DNA of 64,000 nucleotides from contig CM052816.1 in the NCBI GenBank assembly GCA_028534125.1, positions 3,536,001 through 3,600,000 on the forward strand, in the 5' to 3' direction. Shown in pieces: positions 1 to 11,460 of this stretch. The notes below the pieces were generated by a model. The model had not been told where the DNA came from, did not search any database, and saw nothing but the letters and a program-made list of their open reading frames with translations. Numbering within the stretch: position 1 is the stretch's first letter; every line of letters begins with the position of its first letter. Both the position numbers and the translations under genes were made by a program. The stretch is from Lama glama. Its lineage: Eukaryota.

Positions 1-439
1 CAGAGGAGCGAAGCAGTGGGGAGGGATGTGGTCCTTGGAATGTGTGTGTTTCCACTTACAGGCACGAACATTCACAGTTAGTGAAATGGTATCCTAGGCA
101 AGCAAACCATGGCCCCGGACCAGAACATGGCAGCCAGTTTGAGACTCAAAGATCTAGGCAGTGGGGGGTGGGATTCACAAAACGATGAGTTAATAAACAC
201 ATAACTCCTGTACTGAGGCTCCTTGATCACAGGAGGCTGTTGGGTAGTTGGTCCTTTTTCCCTCCCTGTGCAGTCAGGATGGATTGGTAGCTGAGGACAG
301 ACTACTTCCAGTATCTGTGGGGCAGCAGGGGTGGGTGGCAGAAGCAGCACTTCCCTTAAGGAGCTTAAAAACCTAAATGAGACAAAACACATGTGGGAAG
401 TGCAGTAGCATGGAATCCCATCAGCCCAGTGAATCAGGT

Positions 440-575
440 ATATTATTCCCTAGAAAACAGAAATAGAGATAGTGGAAGAAACCTGCTTACGGTCACGTAG
501 TCCACCCCCTGGTGACAGAGCCCGGTCTGGAACCAGGCCTGAAGAACTCCATGCTCTTAACCACGACCGTGGACT
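440..575 (-). mobile_element. MIR SINE fragment
   Basis: Degenerate antisense MIR core and 5' part (ggtcacgtag...ggtgacagagcccggtctggaaccagg...atgctcttaaccac). Confidence 0.65.
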
Positions 576-1329
576 TTACAGTGAGGACGGTCCTTGAAGT
601 CTTCGTGTACGTGGAACTGAAGCCCTGACCTGCATGGATCTGCAATGGGCTTTAGTTTGCCCAGATCCATGGCAACCTGAGCGTTTTGATGGTTCTCCCA
701 CGCCAACCCCTTTATAGCTCAATCTTCCCTTGTCCCCAGCTTACTTACTCGGAATCTTATTTGCATTTGCCGAGGAAGCTGCTAGTGGAGAAGCTGGCAG
801 GAATCTTAATGAAGCCAGGTGGGACCCATTGAAATGGGCCCGTGTTGAACTAACTCATGAAGAGCTGGAACCAGCTGTCAGCAGGCTTAATGAAAGGTTA
901 ACAGGAATCTGGCAATGGGTGGCTGGGGAGGCTTTTTGTCTCTCCAAAGAAAGTTGAGACTTGCTTGGATTCTCTGGGTGGAGGCAAGAGCCAAAGGAGG
1001 AAGCCACTTGTAACCACAAGGCTGGGTCTGAAATATAGAGTTTCATTTAGATTTGTAAACACGTTACAGTCTTAAAAAAAAAAAAAAGCACCATGAGTTC
1101 TCAACTCTCCAAGCATCAAAGAACAGCAAAGGGAAGTGTTCCCGAGTAAGATGAATGCTAATGCCGTCCTGAAGGAGCCTGGGGAGCCCTGGAGATGGCT
1201 GCTCGGAAAACAGAAGGTGGGTTCACTTTCTCATTGCACTGAAAGCTGCTCTTCAGTGGTTGTAGCTTTACCCGTGTTGCATAAGGAGTAGGGGGAAGAG
1301 GAGGGGGGCCGGAAAGACCCTACACATCC

Positions 1330-1450
1330 TTCAATTCAGCTCCCGAATTTCTTAGCTGATGAAGCTGAGGCCCGGAGAGGGGGAATGAGAGCCCAGGCTG
1401 CACAGCAAATCTGTACTTGCGCAGAGACCTAAACCGTGTACCTGGGACTC
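1330..1450 (-). mobile_element. MIR SINE fragment
   Basis: gatgaagctgaggcccggagagggggaatga...cccaggctgcacagc resembles the antisense MIR core. Confidence 0.6.
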
Positions 1451-1700
1451 ACCTCTATGGCTGTGTCATAACCTTGTCCTTGAAATTTCCTAACTCCACC
1501 TGGGTCCACCTGATTATTTGCTCTTTTGAAGTCACCTTCTGTAAGTTCTCTTTGGACATGCAACTCAACACTTCTTTTCCTTAAGTTATTTCTCCCAGCG
1601 CACACTTGACTCTATGGTGGGCTCCCGCTCCCAGAGAGAGGAACCAGAATGCGGGGGTGCACAACTTTCCCGTTGCTCTTCTAGGAACACCACCCTAAAC

Positions 1701-1794
1701 TAGGGTGACCAACTCGTCCCAGTTTTAAAACTCAAAATCCTTGCACGTGGGAACCCCCTCAGTCCCTGACAAACTGGGATGGTTTGTTGACCTA
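1701..1794. mobile_element. MER81-like hAT-Blackjack MITE
   Basis: Begins TAGGGTGACCAAC and ends with a degenerate inverted copy (gtttgttgaccta). Internal gggaaccccctcagtccc...aaactggga matches MER81. Confidence 0.8.
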
Positions 1795-1967
1795 AGGCCA
1801 TGGCTAAATCAGAAATTGCAAACAACCCTTGAGTCCTTTCATTCCCAGCCCCTGCTCTTGAATTTATTGCAGGGAATATATATATTTTTTCTGTGACTTT
1901 GCAATTGGACAAAAGGGGAATTTAATTTCAGCTCCAGCATTAGAACAGACTTCTAAATCTGGATTCT

Positions 1968-2127
1968 AGACCCTTGCTATGCAAAATGTGGGGCTCAGAC
2001 CGGTATTGTCATCACCTGGGAGCTTGTTAGAAATGCACTTTGTCCCCACCCCAGACCCTCAGAATCTGCGTGTAAACACGGTCTCTGTGGGATTCCTATG
2101 CACATTAAAGATTGAAAAGTGCTGGTT
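1968..2127. mobile_element. MER5A-type hAT-Charlie MITE
   Basis: catcacctgggagcttgttagaaatgca...ccccaccccagacc...cagaatctgc...tatgcacattaaagattgaaaagtgctg is typical MER5A/MER5A1. Confidence 0.85.
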
Positions 2128-2143
2128 TAAAGTGTTGATTTTT

Positions 2144-2532
2144 GTTTCTTAATTGAAGTATAGTTGATTTACAATGTTGTTAGTTTCTGGTATGCAGCAT
2201 AGTGATTCAGTTATGCATATATATGTATATTCTTTTTCATTATAGTTTATTACAAGCTATTGAATATAATTCCCTGTGCTCTACAGTAGGACTGTGTTGT
2301 TTATCTGTTTTATACGTATTAGGATCTGCTCACCTCAAACTCCTAATTTATCCCTCCCCATCCCCCTTCCCCTTTGGCAACCATAAGTTTGTTTTCAATG
2401 TCTGTGAGTCTGTTTCTGTTTTTTAAGTAAGTTCATTTGTGTCATTTTTTTTTAGGTTCCACATATGACTGATATCATATGATATTTGTCTTTCTCTGTC
2501 TGACTTCGCTTAGTATGATCATCCCTAGTTCC
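2144..2532 (-). mobile_element. 5'-truncated artiodactyl-type L1 3' end with TSD
   Basis: Antisense L1 3'UTR (aattgaagtatagttgatttacaatgttg...). Flanked by taaagtgttgattttt (2128-2143) and taaagcgttgattttt (2533-2548). Confidence 0.9.
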
Positions 2533-2534
2533 TA

Positions 2535-2716
2535 AAGCGTTGATTTTTAAACTTGCCTGTACACGAGAATCACATGGGGAACTTAAATAATCCTGACACT
2601 GGCCTCCCCTCTGAGCTCCTGCTTTAATTGGCAGGGGAAGACCTACGCTTCAAGAGTTTTTAAAGCACCTCAGGTAATTCTAATATGCAGCCCTGTTTGC
2701 AAGCCCACGTTCTAAA
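2535..2716. mobile_element. MER5B-type MITE
   Basis: aaacttgcctgtacacgagaatcacatggggaactt...tttttaaagcacctcaggtaattctaatatgcagcc matches MER5B. Confidence 0.75.
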
Positions 2717-3169
2717 CGGAGGGCAGCTTTGCACCAGAAAGTAATGTTGCTAATTAATCAGGATAACTCTTGGCCTAAGTTACAAGTTTATGTGGGCCTA
2801 ATACCCCCACATGATTTTGCTCCAAGAAATGATCAATAAAATTGCTCAGGAAGATCTGAGGAGACAAGATAATGACCTGAATGTCCCAATTAGGATGGAC
2901 GAGGCCCATTAAAGTAATTAAAAACCAAGAGAGAATATTTGGTCTGTGGCAAGTGATAATGAGAAAACAGAAAAGATAAACAGAGAAGGAACGACTGGGG
3001 GTGTCAAGGTGGTGCTATTAATCTGTTCAGAGATTTCAGAGGGATAATGAGGAGATGGCACTAAGATTCTAAGAGAAACATGAAGGATTGGTTAAATGGA
3101 AAGCTCTGCTGCGGAGCAAGGAACTTGGTAAAAAGGCAACTGTCTGGCCTCTGGTACCTACATATAATG

Positions 3170-3505
3170 GGAGACCCAGGATTTATATGAATTTGGCACA
3201 GGGAGTACATTCCACCATGCACACATCTCTGTAGAAGGTCACTGCTAGTCATGAGGAACAGGAGTCTTGGTTGATGGTTTCAGTGTTTTTCTAAGTATGC
3301 GAAGATGCAAGAATCCATGTTCAGAAAAATGTTCTCTGGCTAACTATCTAAAGGCCTGACCTGCCAGTTTTCCCAGAGCACAGAGCGCCTCATTCCTGAT
3401 CTCCACCCTGAGCTTCTTTCAGGGTGTGTTGAAGGTCAGCAGCTGCGGTGGCTGATAACTCAGTCCTTGTAGAGCCGGATGGAGAGTGATGTTCTTTAGT
3501 TGCCA
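3170..3505 (-). mobile_element. ERV1 LTR fragment, MER41-like (artiodactyl type)
   Basis: tttttctaagtatgcgaagatgcaagaatcc...tcagggtgtgttgaaggtcagcagctgcggtggctgat resembles antisense MER41-type LTRs of ungulates. Left boundary uncertain. Confidence 0.65.
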
Positions 3506-3529
3506 ATGAGATATTAGCGATTCTGTGAC

Positions 3530-3900
3530 TTTCTTAGCTCTTCCCTCATGGTTGCAAGATGGCTGCCACAGCGCTTTGCCTCACACAAAAACATCCTAAG
3601 CAGGATGGAAGAAGGTAGATGGCAAATGGGACTTCTTCCCTAATATGACTGCTCTCTTTTCTCTAGAAGGGAAATATTTCATAGCAGTTACCTAAAGACT
3701 TCCTCATGTATTTCATTGGCCATTTATTTCACTGGGTCACAGGCCCATCCTTTGGCAAGGGGGTAATGAGCTATCTGGTACTAAGTTACACCATTTGTTA
3801 CTCAGTTCCTGCCTGGGCTGTGCACTTTGCCATTCAGCCAAAACTTAGGATCAATCAACATGGGAGAAACTGGGAATGGCTGTTGGGTGAACAATCTTAA
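3530..3900 (-). mobile_element. MaLR LTR (MLT1J/K-like)
   Basis: cctcatggttgcaagatggctgcc...gacttcctcatgtatttcattggcc...tgggtcacaggccc are diagnostic old MLT1 motifs. Confidence 0.75.
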
Positions 3901-3911
3901 TTTCTACCATG

Positions 3912-4030
3912 TTCACTCATGCAACCAAAGCTTATTGGGTGTCCCCTACATGCCAAAGGGCCCTGTTGGGTGCCGACGTAAAGCATCTAGACAGTCATGG
4001 TCCCTGTTCCCAGACAGCTTACGGTCTACA
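3912..4030 (-). mobile_element. L2 3' end
   Basis: ttcactcatgcaaccaaagcttattgggtgtcccctacatgcca...catggtccctgttccc resembles the antisense L2 terminus. Confidence 0.65.
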
Positions 4031-4325
4031 AAGCCATTTTCATCTTCATGATGCTAAATGCATAATACAGAAATTTGAATCATTTCTAATGTACCTGAGA
4101 GGCAAAAAGAATGGCTAAAAAAGAATGAAAGTTTGGAATTCTGCATGCACACCTCCTTCAAGCTGTGGAACGGTGCCTTTGATGCAAGGGTCTGGAGTCA
4201 ACGGAGGAAGGAGGTGGAAATATTCAGCCCCAGGAAGCGAAGGTAAATTAGAGCAAAAATTCTGGGCTGCAGTGAAATGTTGTAAGCTCAGTGAGGGTCG
4301 TCAGCTTGGTAAAAGTGCAATGCTA

Positions 4326-4963
4326 TGATGCAGGAAAAATGGATGTCGGGCGTGAGGAGGGCCGAGTCCCAGGTCTCGGTTGAGGCCCTGGGATGTGCCC
4401 TGCCAAGTATGGGTCCTTGGCTTCATGCAGGAAAGAATTCAAGTGCGAGCCACCGTTGAGTTAAGGTAGATTTATTGAGAGAGATGCACACTGCATAAAG
4501 TCTAGGGCAAAAGAAAGGCAAGGAAAGAGGTGTGGGAACTGGGTGCTCAGGTTAAAGTAAAAGTAGGTACACACTCCATAGACAGAGTGCGGGCCATCTC
4601 CATATGGGAGAGAGAGCGCAGAGGGCCACTAGGCATGGGTGCTGTCACTTTTTATGGTCTCAGTAGCTTCACAGGCCTACAGGTGGGATCAATCCAACTG
4701 CCCTGGGGAAGGGGCTGGGAGGCCCGGGGATGGGGCCACCGCCCATTCTTTGGCCTTTTGCGGTTAGCCTTGAGGCTGTCATGGCGCCTGCAGGCATGTT
4801 ATTTGATCTCGCTGTTAAAATGAGCATATAATGAAGCTCAAGGTCTACTAGAAGTTAAACCTCTTAATCCTAAAGGCCCACTAGGAGGTGAATCTTCCAT
4901 TTTGGTGTTAAATTGCTGTCATTCCTTGAGTGGCTGTGGCCTGCCCCCTTCCCTCCTGTCTCA
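4326..4963 (-). mobile_element. Full-length ERV1-type solo LTR
   Basis: The - strand reads TGAGACAGGAGGG...TTTTTCCTGCATCA (TG...CA termini), with a TATA-like CATAAAAA near 4650-4657 and AATAAA at 4471-4476. No clean 4-bp TSD is visible. Confidence 0.85.
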
Positions 4964-5029
4964 GAGTAATTGAAATAATCACCTCTGTATTTCTATGCTG
5001 CTTCAGAATTTTCTAAGCATTTAAGGGCA

Positions 5030-5440
5030 TGTCTCCATTTTATAAAGGAAGACCATGGAAGCACAGAGAAGTAAAGTGACAGTCTGGTTCTCCTCATCGT
5101 GTGCGAGACAGTTCTAGAATCAAACATCCTGATTCCTCAATCCAATGGGGTCAGTATCATCTTCATATGGTGCCTACCATGGGCACCCAGCTTTGCACCT
5201 GGACCCAATAACAAGGCTAGCAGTCATCACTAACATGATGGGAGCACTTCTGTGTGCCAGGCACTATCCTAAGCACTTGAATGCATTATTTTACTTAATC
5301 GTAGCAATCTCTCTATGAGGAAGCTGCCAATTTTATCCATGAGGAAATGGAAGCTCAGACACAAAGGAGCTCATCTGCTGGAAAGCTGGGATTCAGACTC
5401 TGGAGTAGCTTCAAAGCCCGGGGACTTCACCTCTGTGCTC
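5030..5440 (-). mobile_element. Two MIR fragments (~5030-5145 and ~5224-5440)
   Basis: ctccattttataaaggaaga...gcacagagaagtaaagtgac and gagcacttctgtgtgccaggcactatcctaagcact...atgaggaaatggaagctcaga. Confidence 0.75.
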
Positions 5441-6374
5441 TGGCCCCGCCTGGCATATGAAGTACCTTCATGATCTTGCAATGATTATCCTAATTGAATG
5501 CTATCCTACTCAGCTGGGGGTTATTGGTCCCCCCTAATCACCGTAGTAAAATCAGGTGTTCCCTCTGTCTGTGTCTGCAAACAACCAACCTGGAGATGGA
5601 GGAGGGGGCGTGTAAAGAACACGAGGCCAGGCGGGGCTTTGGGCCTGGGTCTCACATTCTTGAAGAGACTCAAATTTAGATTTACCACCAAATGAGGCTC
5701 TATACTCAGGCACAGAGATTGAAGGATCAGGATCAAGTATTGAATATATATTATAAATATGGCCTCGCCCTCCCTTTTAAAATGGATCCTGAAAAACCTA
5801 AATAAAAGAGAAAGAGAAAGGAAGTGGCCTGGCCCCCTCTCCCGTGGAGAACCCCGGTCCTGCGTCCTCCTCCCTGGCCCGGCCCTTATCTCTGCTCTCC
5901 ACCCGTTTATCTCTCTTCCCTTCACTCTGCTCTTTCCCTCCCACCTCTCTTCCCTCTGAGATGCCTTCAGTGTCTTATCTTCCTTCAGCAGCTCCATCAA
6001 AAAAGTCCTATCTTTTTTTTTTTCCCCTCCTGATTCAGGATGTCTCTGCCTCATTTTAATCTGTTCCTCTGAGCTTTGGTTTTCAATCTCTTCCCAAACT
6101 TAATCTCAGACCCTTCTTCATGGAGATGGAATTTAAGAAAAAAAAAAAAAGGGCCGGAATGAGATTACACGTCTTGACAATACCTCCCCACTGGGGCATC
6201 AAGATGACGAGAAAAGACCACGGAGGCTGCCTTCCCCATAATGCCCTCCGAGTGCCGCAGTGAAAAGAACTTTTAATTAACCAAAGACTCACCATCAACT
6301 CGTGGTACAATCTCCTCTTCCACTGCACCCCCCAACCACCTTTTTAAAATGATTGTTGGAAAACTTGGCAGGAC

Positions 6375-6566
6375 GTTGGCAATATGGAAAGAGCACAAGT
6401 CTTGGAGTCAAACTGGTCCAGAACCTGAAGCTGCTGTTGCCCGGCCAGAGGGTCCAGGACAAGCCACTTGGCTTCTCTCAGTCTCAGCTCCATCATCTGT
6501 AAATTGGGACTAATAATGGGGCCCTCCTCGCAAGTCAGCATTCAGTGTAGCAGTGCCTGGAACGCA
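6375..6566 (+). mobile_element. MIR SINE
   Basis: tggaaagagcacaagtcttggagtcaaac...cttctctcagtctcagctccatcatctgtaaattgggactaataat. Confidence 0.8.
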
Positions 6567-6628
6567 CCGGCACGCGGGAGGGGTTCCAGCCCCAGCCCCA
6601 GCCCCAGCCAGTTCAGAGTCTGTTTATT

Positions 6629-6762
6629 TTATTTATTTAGTTTTTTGGTCGGGGGTGGGAAGTAATTAGGTTTGTTTGTTTATTTTTTAGTGGAGGTCCT
6701 GGGGATGGAACCCAGGCCCTTGCGCATGCATGCGCTCTACCCCTGAGCTACACCCTCCCCAC
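6629..6762 (-). mobile_element. Vic-1-type camelid tRNA-derived SINE with perfect 16-bp TSD
   Basis: tRNA-Ala-like head on - strand (ggggagggtgtagctcaggggtagagcgcatgc...ctgggttccatccccaggacctcca) and cctaattac tail. TCAGAGTCTGTTTATT at 6613-6628 and 6763-6778. Confidence 0.92.
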
Positions 6763-6902
6763 TCAGAGTCTGTTTATTGAACCTTGTTGGCAGGACCTGC
6801 ATGGTCCCCTGGTGAGATCAGAGCCTGTGCGCTGGGAGAACTGGAAAGCCGAAACTGGGGGCTGTCCTACCTATCGCAGGAGCCACGTGAATATCCCTCG
6901 AT

Positions 6903-7090
6903 CTGCGGTTCTCATACTCTAGAGTGTCTAAGCGCCATCTGGGAACATGTCAAAATGCACATCCCTGGGTCCAACCCTGAAAAGATGCTGCTTCATTGAG
7001 TCAGGAATTGGGTCCTACCACTTGGGTTCTTTATAACCTCACTGGGTGGAGATCTGAAGCAGGGGCAGCAGACCCTCTGAGGGTGGCTCC
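6903..7090. mobile_element. MER5-type MITE (degenerate)
   Basis: gcggttctcatactctagagtg...catctgggaacatgtcaaaatgcacatccctgggtccaaccc. Confidence 0.6.
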
Positions 7091-8597
7091 AGAGGCTCAC
7101 GTTCAAACAGTGCTCTTATTAGCCATCCCGATTCCTGACCCCTCTGTCATACCACGCTCTTTGACACTCTGACCCTGATTTATCGTTGTCTTTGAGCCCT
7201 GTGCTCAGCTCTGATTTTGCTCGCTCCTGGTCCATCACGGTCAACCCCAGGGCACTGCCCACTCTATCTGTGGTTCTTACTCTCAGCTATTGGTCCCGGT
7301 TTGTAGCTCTTTTTGTCCAGCACCCCTGAGGATTGGCTCCGGATGAATTCTGTTTTCCATCCTAAATTCTTCCAAGGTGATGCTGGCTCACTCTTGTGGC
7401 TTCTGTACACCTGTTAAGGGCTGTCATTTGCTGTTCTCTCCTGCCTCTCATGTATGTCTTTGGTACCAGCCACCTCTTTGGATTTCCAGTATGATGGAGA
7501 ATCTTTGACCGTGGCGAGGGCACCATTTTGAACTTGAATCCTGATTTTAAAATACCAGGGATGTGGAATGTAGACAATGCATTGAGTGTTTATTTCCCCC
7601 AGGATATATCCTGGGTTACTTTCTATTTGGGTTTTAAACCCATCTTACATATTTTGGCTCATTGTGGGGGGGTTTCCACCCCCACCAAATGAAGAAGATA
7701 AGAAAAATGCTCTGGTTTCTATCTGGATTCTTGCTTTTTTTTTCAATTGTGGTAATACACATGTAACAAAATTTGCCATTTTATCCATTTTATGTGTACA
7801 GTTCAGTGATATCCCTTACATTCACAATGTTGTACAACCATCACCACTATCTATTTCCAAAACCTTTTCATCATCCCAAACAGAAACTCTAATCATTAAG
7901 CAGTAACTCCCCATCCTGCCATCCCTCAGCCCTTGGCAATCACCATTCTACTTTCTGTCCATGAATTTGCCTATTTGAGATATTTCATGTAAGTGGAATC
8001 ATATGGTATTTGTCCTTTTGTTCACGCATTCAACTGTTGATGCACAGTTGGGTTGTTTCCACATTTTTGGCTACTATGAACAATGCTGGAATGAACATTG
8101 GTGTATAAGTATCTGCTAAAGTCGTTGCTTAAGATTTTGAGGGGTTTATGCCTAAGACGATGTTGCTGGATCATATGGTAATTCTGTTCTGCTTTTTGAG
8201 GAACTGGTATGTGGTTTTCCACAGTGGCTACACTATTTTCTATTCCCACCACCAATGTTCAAGAGTTCTAATTGTTGTGCAGCCTCCCCAACACTTGTTA
8301 TTTCCCTTTGTTAAAAAGACAACTTAGTCGTTTTGGTAGGCATGAAGTGGTATCTCTTGGTTTTGATTTGCATTTCATTAATGACTAATGATGGTGGGCC
8401 TGTTTTTATATGCTTATTGGTCATTTGTGTATCTCCTTTGAAGAATTCTCTATCCAAGTCCTTTTCCCATTTTAAAATTGAGTTTGTCATTTTGTTGTGG
8501 AGTTGTAATTCTTTATATATTCTAGATGTTAATTTCTTTTCAGATATATGATTGAAAAATACATCTCCTGTTCTGTAGGTTGTCTTTTCACTTTTTT

Positions 8598-8638
8598 TAA
8601 TGTTTTTTATTGATTTATAATCATTTTACAATGTTGTA
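8598..8638 (-). mobile_element. Extremely 5'-truncated young L1 (~41 bp) with 15-bp TSD
   Basis: Insert ttttttattgatttataatcattttacaatgttgt matches the L1 terminus at 61618-61652. TCTTTTCACTTTTTT at 8583-8597 and 8639-8653. Confidence 0.85.
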
Positions 8639-8740
8639 TCTTTTCACTTTTTTGATGTCATTTGCACAAGTTTTTTTTTTGTAGATATATATTTGCACAA
8701 AAGTTGTTCATTATAGTGGAGTTCATTTTGTCTGTTTTTT

Positions 8741-9430
8741 GTGTCTACTTAGTTGTTTTTTTAACTTTTTTTATTGTTATAGTCATTTTACAATGTTGTG
8801 TCAAATTCCAGTGTAGAGCACAATTTTTCAGTTATACATGAACATACATATATTCATTGTCTTTTTTTTTTTTTTGCTGTGAGCTACCACAAGAGCTTGT
8901 ATATATTGCCCTGTGCTATACAGTATAATCTTGTTTATCTGTTCTACATTTTGAAATCCCAGTCTGTCCCTTCCTACCCACCACCCCCTTGGCAACCACA
9001 AGTTTGTATTCTATGTCTATGAGTCTGTTTCTGTTTTGTATTTTTTTTTTTAAGATTCCACATATGAGTGATCTCCTGTGGTATTTTTCTTTCTCTCTCT
9101 GGCTTANNNNNNNNNNNNNNNNNNNNNNNNNNNNNNNNNNNNNNNNNNNNNNNNNNNNNNNNNNNNNNNNNNNNNNNNNNNNNNNNNNNNNNNNNNNNNN
9201 NNNNNNTGATGGACATTTAGGCTGTCTCCATGTCTTGGCTATTGTAAATAGTGCTGCTATAAACACTGGGGTGCAGGTGTCATCCTGAAGTAGGGTTCCT
9301 TCTGGATACAAGCCCAGGAGTGGGATTCCTGGGTCATATGGTAAGTCTATTCCTAGTCTTTTGAGGAATCTCCGTACTGTTTCCCACAGTGGCTGCACCA
9401 AACTGCATTCCCACCAGCAGTGTAGGAGGG
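8741..9430 (-). mobile_element. Young camelid-type L1 3' fragment (contains a 100-N gap)
   Basis: ORF2 C-terminal remnant ([31 protein letters not shown]...CTPVFIAALFTIAKTWRQPKCP). Closely similar to 61606-62409. Imperfect TSD cattttgtct (8724) / cattttatct (9431). Confidence 0.92.
9107..9206. other. Assembly gap (100 N)
   Basis: Run of N. Confidence 1.
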
Positions 9431-9759
9431 CATTTTATCTTTTTTCCTTTTGTTGTTTGTTACCTTAGTGTCATATTTAAGAATCCATTTCCAAATCCAA
9501 GGTCATGAAAATGGACCCCTGAGTTTTCTTCTGAGTGCTTTGGTTTAGCCTTATATTGTGGTCATTGACTCCTTTGGAGCTTGCTCTTCTTTCTAATTTT
9601 TTTTTTAAATTAAGGTATGTTGAGTTTATTTTTTAATGTAGTATGAGGTAGGGGGTCCAATTTTAAGTGTTTCATATGGAAATCCAGTGGTCCCTGTGCT
9701 ATCTGTTGAAGAAACTATTCTTTCCCCTATTAAATGGACTTGAAACTCAAGCTTAACTC

Positions 9760-10510
9760 TATTTCTTTGAAAATATTAAGCGTGCTTGTCTGATAACTCC
9801 ACTATTTGAGGTCTTTCCAGCTCTGTTTCTGTTGTCCTTTGTAGGTTCCTACTCATGGTGTCTTATTTCTTGCATGTCTGGCTATCTTGATTATATGGTG
9901 GTTTTTGCATTTGAACAGTATTGGTCTGAATAATTTGAGTTCCAGCATAATGCGATCTTTTCCAGAATGAAATTTTTGAGTTGGCTTCTGCCAGGCACTT
10001 TTAGATGTCACCAGTCTAGGGCTGCCATAATTCAAGTTCAATGCTTCAAGGTTTGTGGTTGACTTACATGACTTGGAGCCAGATTGTAAGCCTGTTTGAT
10101 GACAGGGTTACTCCTGGTTCACCCTATCCTGAGGGTATAGCCCTTTTGGTCCTAACTTAAACTGGACAGTGGTCTATAAACGTCCCTGACTTTGGTGAGT
10201 TCTAGACCTTGACACTTTTCCTCTAACCTCATGAGGCAGCCAAAACCACAATCCAGCTTTGCAGTCACTCCTCCCCGATTGGAAAATGCTTCCGAAGCAA
10301 AAGCAACTTTGAGTTCTTGACGTAGCTCTCTGCTTTAGCATAGTTTTAGTTTTAGGCTTAGTGGGGTTTTTTTCCATTATTTTGTTGGCTCTTTTATATT
10401 TATGAGCTCTTTTATATTTAAAAGAATATTTTAAAATGTTTTGTTCAGGTTTTTGTGTCTTTAATTGGATGGTTGGTCTAAATTACCTAAATCCACATTA
10501 CCAGAACTGA
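9760..10510 (-). mobile_element. Ancient L1/HAL1 5'-region fragment
   Basis: tctgataactccactatttgaggtctt...tctgtttctgttgtc...ttggcttctgccaggcac resembles antisense old L1ME/HAL1 ORF1-5' sequence. Similar tracts occur at ~32050-32620 and ~63640-64000. Confidence 0.5.
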
Positions 10511-10709
10511 TTATCCTTGGAAATGTTTATTTCCCCCAAAGCCTTGCCAATGCTAATCATTATCAGATTTATTAATACAACCATTTTCTTTGAAACAAAG
10601 GTGAGCAGAACAAAAGGTTGTATTTAGTTCCACAGTAAGAGTCTAGTGTCCACTCCTTAGCATGCACTGATTTGTTTTCATTCCAAAAAGTCTACTTCCT
10701 TGTATGTTG

Positions 10710-10870
10710 ATACATTTAACCTGGGGGAGAAATTGACCAGGGAGGATATGATGTCTGTCTATAAACAGTTAAAGGCCTTCCTTAAACTGTTTCTATGTGA
10801 TTCTGGAAGGCAAAGTTAGGACTGGGAATGGAAATTCCAGAAATCAATTTCTGTCTAACCAAAGGGATGC
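10710..10870 (+). mobile_element. L3/CR1 fragment
   Basis: atttaacctgggggagaaa...ggaggatatgatgtctgtctataaa...gaaggcaaagttaggactgggaatggaaattccag resembles the L3 3' region. Confidence 0.6.
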
Positions 10871-10989
10871 TTTAGTATGGTAACTCAGAATAATCATCAG
10901 TGCTGAATATTATGAAGAGTTGGATTCTGGACACCAAGCATTCAACTGTTCTGCTTTTCCGCTTGGACTGATTCCTCTGACACCTCTCT

Positions 10990-11460
10990 TCTGTTCTCCC
11001 ATCACTGTGTAGTCCTCTTGCAGCTGGCTCATCCCCCGTGCATCCTTGGCATGGAAACTGAGCCTGGGCAGTCAGAACACTGCATTCCCATACCCCGGCC
11101 CTCACAGTAACGGGTGGGTCCGGGACGGTCACAAGCCGACAGAGAAACAGTGCTAAGAGTTACGCGTGAGTCAGCCAGGATGCTGACCTTTACCTGGCCC
11201 TGAAGGAGAGAGCGCAAGGCAGCAGCGGCCATTCTGCCACCACAAGAGGAGTCTACCTGAGAGGAAGTGGAGCTCAGAATAAACAAGCCAATAAGAAACA
11301 AACCCTGGTGACTTTGGTTGCGCCTTGATGGTGTCAAGGCTGAAAGTATGAACTTGGGCTAGTCATGCTCCACGTTATGAAGAAATAAATTCCCATTTTT
11401 TTGCTTGAGCTAGTTTGAGTTGGTTTCCTGCCATTTGAAGTGGGAAGAGCTTTAATTAAA
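10990..11460 (+). mobile_element. MaLR LTR (MLT1K-like)
   Basis: Terminal aataaattcccatttttttgcttgagctagtttgagttggtttcctgccatttg and internal gcagcggccattctgccacc. Confidence 0.75.

Larger units (their letters stand above)
7735..9740 (-). mobile_element. L1MB-type element (3'UTR and ORF2 C-terminal remnant) interrupted by two younger L1 insertions
   Basis: Antisense L1MB 3' end (aattgtggtaatacacatgtaacaaaatttgccatttt...catcaccactatctatttccaaaaccttttcatcatcccaaacagaaactc). The host sequence resumes after 8653 and after 9430. Confidence 0.85.

Noticed and set aside
5521..6054. 177-aa ORF on the - strand
   Set aside because: It is driven by a low-complexity pyrimidine-rich tract, with biased composition and no recognisable homology.
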